A stretch of 64,000 nucleotides of DNA from Actinomycetes bacterium (lineage in GTDB: Bacteria; Actinomycetota; Acidimicrobiia; Spongiisociales; JAHEDJ01): positions 167,136 through 231,135 of the forward strand of contig JAHEDK010000002.1 of NCBI GenBank assembly GCA_024641245.1, given 5' to 3'. Positions 37,812 to 44,804 of this stretch are shown here, one piece after another (the first letter of the stretch is position 1; each line of letters starts with the position of its first letter). A program made the position numbers and the translations under genes. The notes under the pieces were generated by a model. That model saw only the letters and a list, made by a program, of their open reading frames with translations. It had not been told where the DNA came from and did not search any database.

Positions 37812-39608
37812 ATGGAGAAACTTCACTTCTTCGACGAGAACATCCCCTGTCTCGCCGCCTGTCCGGTCAACACGAATGCCGGCATGTACGTTGCCGCCAT
37901 CGCAGACGGACAGGATGAACTGGCCTATCTAACCGCTCGCCTCCCCAACCCGTTCGCCTCCGTCTGCGGTCGGGTTTGTGCGGCGCCATGCGAGGACGCC
38001 TGTCGGCGCGGCGAAATCGACAAGCCCATCGCCATCCGGGCGCTCAAGCGATTCGTCACCGATCAATTCGGCGTCGAATCCGGCATGGATACCTACCGGC
38101 AGGTCGCCGCCCCTGCTCTCGAGTCGCGATCACAAAGCGTCGGGATTGTCGGAGGGGGCCCGGCCGGCCTGGCCGCCGCCCACGACCTCCGCCGCCTCGG
38201 CTACGGCGTCACGCTGTACGAAGCCACCGGTCAGCTCGGCGGCATGATGCTGCTGGGGATCCCCGAGTACCGCCTTGATCGATCCCTCCTGGCGGCGGAG
38301 ATCAAGGCCATCACCGACCTGGGCGTCGAGGTTCGGTTGAACACGAAACTCGGCGATGGCATCACGCTCGATGACCTCCGCCGGCAGCACGATGCCCTAT
38401 TCGTGGCCATCGGGGCGACCCTCGGACGCGGACTCGACCTCGAAGGCCACGACGCAGACGGGGTGTTGAAGGCGATCGAGTACCTGATCAACGCCAACCA
38501 GGGGTTCGCAACCGACGTCGGTCAGAAGGTGGTCGTAATCGGTGGCGGCGACGTGGCGATGGATGCAGCAAGGACCGCGCTACGAGCTGCAACCTACGAT
38601 GAGATCGCCCGCCGCCATGCCGAATACGACGAAGAGGACGGGCGCTCATCCATGACGGAAGCCCTCGACGTGGCTCGCACGGCTGCCCGGACTGGTGCTC
38701 AGGACATAACCATCATGTCACTCGAGGCCAAACACGAGATGCCGGCGTCGGAGTTCGAGGTCGAAGAGGCCGAGCACGAGGACATCAAGTTTGTCAACCG
38801 GCGCGGTCCCGCCCGGATACTCACCGCCGATGGCAAGGTCACCGGCATCGAGACGATCGGGGTCACGCGCGTTTTCGACGAGAACGGCCGGTTCTCCCCT
38901 GAATTCGACGATGCAGATCGGCTGACGCTGGAGGCAGACACCATCATCATGGCTATCGGCCAGGCGATCGATGTTGAGGCACTGGGAGCGAACGGCCCTG
39001 AGTTGAGTCCTCGCAAGACAATCCAAGTGGGTGAGGACAGCCTGGCGACTTCGCTTCCGATGGTATGGGCCGGCGGCGATGCAGCCAGGGGCCCGCGCAC
39101 TCTCATCGATGCGATCGCAGACGGCCGGATTGCGGCCCGTGAGATCCACGAGGCGTTTGGCGGCAGCTTCGCCGAGCAGGATACCGGAACCATGGTGCAA
39201 CTGGACCAGTTCCACCGTCTCGACGACATCTACGACCGGGTCCCCCGGGTCGCCGTGCCCACGCTGCCGACGGACCGGCGCATCGGTCTGGCAGAAGTCG
39301 AAACAGGGTTCACCGTCGAAGAGGCCAGGTGTGAGGCACAGAGGTGTCTGCGCTGCTTCGCCAACATCCTGCTCGATACCGACATTTGTGTTTTATGCGC
39401 GCTGTGCGCCGACGTCTGCCCGCTCGACCTGATTTCGCTGGTTCCCTCGGAGGACATTCACCCAGACGAGCCGGGTGGCACGGCGTTAATGTTGAACGAG
39501 CAAAGCTGCATCCGTTGCGCGCTGTGTATTGAGCGATGCCCGACAGATGCACTGTCGATGGGACTGTGGACCGGAGTGGGAGTGCCGAAATTGGGAGCAC
39601 CGGTATGA
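37812..39608 (+). CDS. GltD-like FAD/NAD(P)-binding Fe-S oxidoreductase with C-terminal 2x[4Fe-4S] ferredoxin domain
   Basis: N-terminal GltD-type cluster region (CLAACPVNTN...FASVCGRVCAAPCEDACRR). Dinucleotide folds VGIVGGGPAGLAAA and VVVIGGGDVAMDAA. C-terminal CLRC...CVLCALCADVCP...CIRCALCIERCP. Confidence 0.85.
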   Translation: MEKLHFFDENIPCLAACPVNTNAGMYVAAIADGQDELAYLTARLPNPFASVCGRVCAAPCEDACRRGEIDKPIAIRALKRFVTDQFGVESGMDTYRQVAAPALESRSQSVGIVGGGPAGLAAAHDLRRLGYGVTLYEATGQLGGMMLLGIPEYRLDRSLLAAEIKAITDLGVEVRLNTKLGDGITLDDLRRQHDALFVAIGATLGRGLDLEGHDADGVLKAIEYLINANQGFATDVGQKVVVIGGGDVAMDAARTALRAATYDEIARRHAEYDEEDGRSSMTEALDVARTAARTGAQDITIMSLEAKHEMPASEFEVEEAEHEDIKFVNRRGPARILTADGKVTGIETIGVTRVFDENGRFSPEFDDADRLTLEADTIIMAIGQAIDVEALGANGPELSPRKTIQVGEDSLATSLPMVWAGGDAARGPRTLIDAIADGRIAAREIHEAFGGSFAEQDTGTMVQLDQFHRLDDIYDRVPRVAVPTLPTDRRIGLAEVETGFTVEEARCEAQRCLRCFANILLDTDICVLCALCADVCPLDLISLVPSEDIHPDEPGGTALMLNEQSCIRCALCIERCPTDALSMGLWTGVGVPKLGAPV

Positions 39609-40342
39609 CATTGGGCCAACGAATCCGCGAAAGCACGATAGGTCGTTCGATCTGGCGCGCCACCGACCGAACCACCGAACGCGACCAGGCGGCCGGTCAC
39701 TGGGCGAACTTCTTTCTGCACATCTACCCGGTGAAAGTGCGCAAGAAGGAGATCACGTTCCGCTATTCCTGGTATCTAGGTGTGGCGTCGGTGGTCCTGT
39801 TCGGATCGCTGATCGTTTCGGGCATCTACCTGATGTTCTTCTACGTCCCGTCGCCTGCCCAGGCCTACGGCGACATCCTCAACCTGCAAACGCGGGTCGC
39901 GTTCGGACAGTACATCCGCAACGTGCACCGCTGGTCGGCTCACCTCATGGTGCTGGTGGTGGCCGCGCACATGGCCCGGGTGTTTTATCGAGGGGCATAC
40001 AAGAAACCCCGCGAATTCAACTGGGGTATCGGCGTGATCCTCCTCGTGCTCACGCTGCTCCTTTCGTTCACCGGCTACCTGCTCCCCTGGGACCAGCTCG
40101 CCTACTGGGCGGTCACGGTCGGCACCGAGATGGCCGCCTTCGTCCCGCTGATCGGGGACACCGTCAAGGAAATGATGCTGGGTGGGCCGGTGGTTGCTTC
40201 GTCGACGCTGCTGCGGTTCTACGTTCTGCATGTCGCCGTTCTGCCCACGGCTGTCGTTCTCCTCATCACAATCCATATGTGGAGATGGCGCAAAGACAGC
40301 ATGCTCGACGCGGCGAAGGAGGGTGTTGATGTCGACGCCTAG
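39605..40342 (+). CDS. cytochrome b6-type subunit, complex 2
   Basis: ATGA overlap with the oxidoreductase gene. The His pairs are VHRWSAHLMVLVVAAH (i/i+14) and LHVAVLPTAVVLLITIH (i/i+15). Confidence 0.9.
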   Translation: MTLGQRIRESTIGRSIWRATDRTTERDQAAGHWANFFLHIYPVKVRKKEITFRYSWYLGVASVVLFGSLIVSGIYLMFFYVPSPAQAYGDILNLQTRVAFGQYIRNVHRWSAHLMVLVVAAHMARVFYRGAYKKPREFNWGIGVILLVLTLLLSFTGYLLPWDQLAYWAVTVGTEMAAFVPLIGDTVKEMMLGGPVVASSTLLRFYVLHVAVLPTAVVLLITIHMWRWRKDSMLDAAKEGVDVDA

Positions 40343-40865
40343 ACCAGATCAGGAAAATCCTGAGATCGTCGCCGGACAACGGGTGCTCGGGGTTGTTCCA
40401 GGCAAGCCGCCGGGCGGCGACCGCAAGGTTCTGAGCGAGCAGGAACCGGTCATGGTCTGGCCGCACCTACTCGTCCGCCACGGGGTGGCGGCGCTGGTGG
40501 TCATCGCCGTCGTTCTGGTGCTTGCCATATTCTTCGATGCCCCGCTGCGTGAGATCGCCAACCCCACGCTGACGCCCAACCCGGAAAAGGCCCCCTGGTA
40601 TTTCGCGGCGCTCCAGGAGCTGCTCTCGATGTTCCATCCGCTGGTGGCCGGTGTGCTGGTCCCGGGCGCCATCGTCCTCGGGCTCTTCGCGCTTCCGTAT
40701 GTGGATCGGACTTCGACGATCGAGCCGCGGTTCCGCAAGGTGGCGGTGGCGACGTTCACGATCTTCATGGTCGTGTGGATAGTCCTGACGGTTATCGGAT
40801 TCGCCTTCCGCGGCCCCAACTGGGGTTGGGTGTGGCCATGGCAAGAGTGGTACGGAGAGCTATGA
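40329..40865 (+). CDS. subunit IV-like (cytochrome b C-terminal) protein, complex 2
   Basis: Three TM helices. EKAPWYFAALQELLSMF aligns with the PEWY region, so the motif reads APWY here. I prefer ATG 40329 inside the track ORF. Confidence 0.8.
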   Translation: MSTPRPDQENPEIVAGQRVLGVVPGKPPGGDRKVLSEQEPVMVWPHLLVRHGVAALVVIAVVLVLAIFFDAPLREIANPTLTPNPEKAPWYFAALQELLSMFHPLVAGVLVPGAIVLGLFALPYVDRTSTIEPRFRKVAVATFTIFMVVWIVLTVIGFAFRGPNWGWVWPWQEWYGEL

Positions 40866-41368
40866 GCAACGGAATCGGTCGGAGAGAATTCCTATCCCGG
40901 GCCTGGAAGTGGGGTGCCGCCCTCATCGGTGTCGCCGGCGGTTGGACCACGTGGGATATCCTGCAGCCCCGGGTCACCGGAGGCTTTGGTGGCGTCATCA
41001 AGACCAAGGCAGCCGACACAGTGCCGGACACCAACGTCGAATCCATCCGGGCCGCCAGAACCTACCTGACGAAGATCGACGGGCAGGTTGTAGCCCTCTC
41101 CGAGAAATGCCCGCACCTCGGTTGCCGGGTGCCGTGGTGTGATTCGTCCGGACAGTTCGAGTGCCCGTGCCACGGCTCGGTCTTCAACCGGGCGGGCGAG
41201 TACCGCGCAGGGCCCGCTCCCCGCGGAATGGACCGCTACGAGTTCGAGACGATCGACGGCATCGTCTACGTAGACACCGGAGCACCGGTATCCGGGCCGG
41301 CAATCGGTGTGGAGACCCTCAACGAACCCGTACGAGGGCCATCGTGTGAGGACAGCTCCCATGGGTGA
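40862..41368 (+). CDS. Rieske [2Fe-2S] subunit, complex 2 (Tat signal)
   Basis: GRREFLSRAWKWG Tat-like signal. The Rieske boxes are CPHLGCRV and CPCHGSVF. ATGA overlap with the preceding gene. Confidence 0.9.
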   Translation: MSNGIGRREFLSRAWKWGAALIGVAGGWTTWDILQPRVTGGFGGVIKTKAADTVPDTNVESIRAARTYLTKIDGQVVALSEKCPHLGCRVPWCDSSGQFECPCHGSVFNRAGEYRAGPAPRGMDRYEFETIDGIVYVDTGAPVSGPAIGVETLNEPVRGPSCEDSSHG

Positions 41369-41825
41369 GCGTCCGGTTGACCAGGAACTCGAACAGTCGA
41401 CCGTCAGATGGATGCAGGCCGGACTGGCCCTGATGGTCGTCCTGGTGCTGGCGTTTCCCGCCTACCGGCTCCTCGAACCTACCAACCGCGAAGAAGCACG
41501 CGACCTCTTGACGGAAGAACTCGCCGTCCAGGGCGAAGAGCTATTCGCGGGGCAGTGCGCCTCCTGTCACGGCGAAAAGGGGCTGAATGGACCGATCGGT
41601 CCGTCGCTCAACTCGAAGCAGTTCCTGGAGGCGGCCACCGACAGCCAGATCATCAGCCTCGTCTCGGTCGGCGTCCCGGGCTCTCAGATGGGCGCCTACT
41701 CGATCGACTTCGGAGGCCCACTGACACTCGAGCAAATCACCGGCATCGCAACCTATCTGCGCTCGCTGGAGAAAGACGCCCCGGACAATCCTGACTGGCG
41801 AGCAGTAGTAACGCCGGGGAGCTAG
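41361..41825 (+). CDS. membrane-anchored monohaem class I cytochrome c, complex 2
   Basis: N-terminal TM anchor, CASCHG, and the distal Met region GVPGSQMGAY. Confidence 0.85.
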   Translation: MGERPVDQELEQSTVRWMQAGLALMVVLVLAFPAYRLLEPTNREEARDLLTEELAVQGEELFAGQCASCHGEKGLNGPIGPSLNSKQFLEAATDSQIISLVSVGVPGSQMGAYSIDFGGPLTLEQITGIATYLRSLEKDAPDNPDWRAVVTPGS

Positions 41826-41852
41826 TCGCGGGTTGCTAGTCGCGGGTTGCTA
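41821..41852. repeat. tandem 14-mer GCTAGTCGCGGGTT x2.3 spanning the cytochrome c stop codon
   Basis: GCTAGTCGCGGGTT GCTAGTCGCGGGTT GCTAG. The first TAG (41823-41825) is the stop codon. Confidence 0.9.
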
Positions 41853-41948
41853 GCTCACAGGCGACCCTCTCGCGCGTTTCTCCCCCGCACCGGCGGGGGA
41901 GATGCCGAGGTCCACGAGGCAGAGGGGGTTACTCGCGACCGCGACCCG

Positions 41949-42371
41949 CTACGCGTCCGTCGGGACCTCGTAGGGGTGCCCTTCGTCCTCGGGCGCTTGG
42001 TACTGCTCGTCGTGTTTGACGACCAGCTGGTCGCTGCGGAAGACGTCACCGTCCCAGGCGCCTTCGACGATCGCACCGACGCCTTCGCGGAACAGTTCCG
42101 GTGGGGCTCCCTGGTGCACGATGTGCACTTCATGGGCACCGTCGGACACGGTGAACTCGACTCCATCCGAGGTGGCAACCAGTGTCCCGACTTCGACCTG
42201 ACCGCCGAGCCGGAACCGCTCACCATCGGGGAACTGAGCCCTCTGCTCGATAGCTTCGTTGGGGGTCAAGTAGTAGACGAGGTTCTCGCCGAGGCTGAGA
42301 AACACCATCCATCCGATGATCACAACGATCGCTCCGATGGCGGGAAGTACGAACCAGCGATATCGAGTCAT
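41949..42371 (-). CDS. ccmE: cytochrome c maturation haem chaperone CcmE
   Basis: N-terminal anchor, OB-fold, and the haem-binding motif LVVKHDEQY (compare E. coli VLAKHDENY). Confidence 0.9.
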   Translation of the reverse strand: MTRYRWFVLPAIGAIVVIIGWMVFLSLGENLVYYLTPNEAIEQRAQFPDGERFRLGGQVEVGTLVATSDGVEFTVSDGAHEVHIVHQGAPPELFREGVGAIVEGAWDGDVFRSDQLVVKHDEQYQAPEDEGHPYEVPTDA

Positions 42372-42372
42372 G

Positions 42373-42486
42373 TCAGCCCTCCACCCGGCGGCGGACGCTG
42401 CGCAGGCGCACAGTCAAGAACACCGCATATCCGATCATGAAGCCGTACACCACCGTGTAGGCAAAAACGACCCATCCGTTAGACAT
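42373..42486 (-). CDS. ccmD: CcmD-like small membrane protein (37 aa), not in the ORF track
   Basis: The minus-strand ORF reads MSNGWVVFAYTVVYGFMIGYAVFLTVRLRSVRRRVEG. It sits between ccmC and ccmE, overlapping the ccmC stop by 8 nt and ending 1 nt before the ccmE ATG. One TM helix plus a basic tail is the CcmD layout. Confidence 0.55.
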   Translation of the reverse strand: MSNGWVVFAYTVVYGFMIGYAVFLTVRLRSVRRRVEG

Positions 42487-43204
42487 CTCGCACCTTCTCG
42501 AGGTTGGGAGCCGTGATGGCGGCACCGGCGGGCGTGGCATCAGCGGCGGCGGATTGTTCTTCGAGTTGTTCCTCGCCCCTGGCGATGGCCGTCTTGACGC
42601 TCATGAAGGCGAGATAGACCACGGTGAACGCTCCAACGTTGCTGAGCAACGCCAGCAGGATCTCTCCATCGATCGGAGAATCCGGTCGCACCACCGTGAT
42701 CCCCTGGTGCAACGTGCGAACGATGATCACCGAAACGTAGGACAGCGGCACGAGGAAGAAGGCCACGATGCCCAGCACCGCGGATCTCGTCGCCCGCATG
42801 GCCGGGTCGGGAATGCTGCGGCGCAAAGCCAGGTAACCGAGGTAGACGAAGAACATGAGGGCCGTCGTCATCATGCGGGCATCGCCCCAGTCCCAGAACG
42901 TCCCCCACACCGGGTAACCCCAGATCATGCCGGTCATGAGCGCCAGCGCGGTGAAGAACACGCCGACCGAGACGCTGGACTCGGCGATTCGATCGTAAAC
43001 GGGCTTGCGTCTCGCCAGCCACAGGATCGAGGCGGCGAACGTCACAAGAAACGAGAGGTAGGCAAGCCACGCCGAAGGTACGTGCACGTACATGATGCGG
43101 GTGTAGTCGCCCTGCAACTGATCGAGCGGCGCCTGGCCACCGAAGTAGAAGCCGACCAGCACCGCTGCCAGTGCGATCAACCCGAGTATTCGATGTCTAT
43201 TCAA
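42479..43204 (-). CDS. ccmC: haem exporter/haem handling protein CcmC
   Basis: WWD motif WGYPVWGTFWDWGDARM with flanking His residues, and six TM helices. Confidence 0.9.
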   Translation of the reverse strand: MNRHRILGLIALAAVLVGFYFGGQAPLDQLQGDYTRIMYVHVPSAWLAYLSFLVTFAASILWLARRKPVYDRIAESSVSVGVFFTALALMTGMIWGYPVWGTFWDWGDARMMTTALMFFVYLGYLALRRSIPDPAMRATRSAVLGIVAFFLVPLSYVSVIIVRTLHQGITVVRPDSPIDGEILLALLSNVGAFTVVYLAFMSVKTAIARGEEQLEEQSAAADATPAGAAITAPNLEKVRDV

Positions 43205-43881
43205 CGTGAGGCCTCCTCGAGGAATCGGGCGGTCAGCACACCTACCACTGCCAGCCCGAGTACCACGGCAAGTAGCAGAAGGATGGGAGTGAGGATACTT
43301 GACTTCTGAGCCAACGCTTCATACGTCTGTGATGCTCCGACGAGCAGCGGCAACGCCAGCGGTGCCACCAGCAGCGGTGCCAGCGTGTTACGAGAGCGCA
43401 GACCGGCCGTGATACCGGAGGCGAGCGTACCGATGAGCGCCAGGCCGACGGCCATCAGCAGAAGGACCAAAATCAGGATCGCCCACCCCTCTACCGGGTC
43501 CGGGTTGTAGAGGATGATCGTGGCGGGCGCAAGCACTCCTTCGAACACGAGCAACAGGAGGACGCTCGCCACAACCCTGCCCGCGAACTGCGCGGCCGGG
43601 TCCACGCCGAGCAACACCATCATCTCGCGATTGGCCGAACTCTCTGTGGCCGACTGGCGGAACGTGACCAGCATCCCGAACAGCAGGGTCACGACCCAGA
43701 ACATGCCCGGTCCGATCGAGGCGATGAGTGGACGGTCGGTCCCGATCGCCAGCGGGATGAGCAGCAGCGCAACCGCTCCAAACGGGATCGTGATGTTCAG
43801 GACCTCGCCGGTCCGTCCTTCGACCCGCAGATCCTTCAACCCGATCTCATATGCCTGGCCCCAGAACGACGGACCGCTCAT
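43201..43881 (-). CDS. ccmB: haem exporter membrane protein CcmB
   Basis: Six-TM CcmB-like protein lying between ccmA and ccmC, with 4-bp overlaps on both sides. Confidence 0.85.
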   Translation of the reverse strand: MSGPSFWGQAYEIGLKDLRVEGRTGEVLNITIPFGAVALLLIPLAIGTDRPLIASIGPGMFWVVTLLFGMLVTFRQSATESSANREMMVLLGVDPAAQFAGRVVASVLLLLVFEGVLAPATIILYNPDPVEGWAILILVLLLMAVGLALIGTLASGITAGLRSRNTLAPLLVAPLALPLLVGASQTYEALAQKSSILTPILLLLAVVLGLAVVGVLTARFLEEASR

Positions 43882-44534
43882 GATGAGCTCCCCGCGATCA
43901 CGATCCCACCCGTCAGCTCATAGGTCGATTGCACCAGCGGCAGCATGCGATCGAGTTCGTGGGACACGAAGACGGCGGCGCCACCACGGGAACGGACGTT
44001 CTCGACAACTGCGTCGACGAGTTGTCCGGCCTCTCGATCTAGTCCGGCGTGGGCCTCATCGAGCAGCAGTAGGTCGGGCCTGGTGAGAATCACCCTGGCG
44101 AACTCAACTCGCCGCTGCATACCATGCGACGACTGCTCCGCCCGCCGGTGCTTCGCCCCACCCAGCCCGACCACGTCGAGCATCTCATCTACCCGCTCGT
44201 CAGTGTGGCCCGACAACCGGGCGACGAAGGCGAGATTCTCACGCAGCGTCAACTGCGGGTAGAGCGCCGGTTGATGGCCGATCAGCGCGATCCGGCGCCG
44301 GATCGCAAACGCCGTCGCTTCGCCCATCTCGGTGCCGAACACCGCCACCGAGCCCTCCGTCGGTCGCAGCAACGTGGCCAGCACCCGGAGCAGCGTCGAC
44401 TTTCCCGAACCATTCGGCCCAACGATCCCGGCTGCCTCCCCGGACGGTACCGCCAGCTCCACGCCCTTCAATACCGGCACCCGGCCGTATCGAACGGCGA
44501 CGCCGTGCAGCTGCACTGTGGGAGGTGTGGACAT
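43878..44534 (-). CDS. ccmA: haem exporter ATP-binding protein CcmA
   Basis: Walker A GPNGSGKST, ABC signature SHGMQRR, and Walker B LLLLDEA. I prefer ATG 44534. Confidence 0.9.
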   Translation of the reverse strand: MSTPPTVQLHGVAVRYGRVPVLKGVELAVPSGEAAGIVGPNGSGKSTLLRVLATLLRPTEGSVAVFGTEMGEATAFAIRRRIALIGHQPALYPQLTLRENLAFVARLSGHTDERVDEMLDVVGLGGAKHRRAEQSSHGMQRRVEFARVILTRPDLLLLDEAHAGLDREAGQLVDAVVENVRSRGGAAVFVSHELDRMLPLVQSTYELTGGIVIAGSSS

Positions 44535-44804
44535 GACAGACGAGTGTACGCACGCAGCTTCGGGCGCCGAAACGCGACCCCGGATAAACACCACCCGTTC
44601 TCTCCCTTTCGCCACCTTTTCAGGGTTTTATGGCGGGTTTCAACCCAGGCAGGGCCCAAGTGCCCCAGGGCGCGAGGACTTTGCGCTGTTGGTGTGTTTC
44701 CGATATACCCGTATCCTCTGCAATGAGAAACGGGGGACCGACCCTGAATCGCCGCCGGAACGGCTCATTCACACGGTGATCCCCATGGAGGAAGGCACAG
44801 CAAA

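Noticed and set aside
44535-44804. Possible small gene or ncRNA in the 270-bp ccmA/ccmF divergent region
   Set aside because: I found no convincing ORF with an RBS and could not identify a conserved structure by eye. It is most simply a pair of divergent promoters, and I cannot place the -35/-10 elements confidently.
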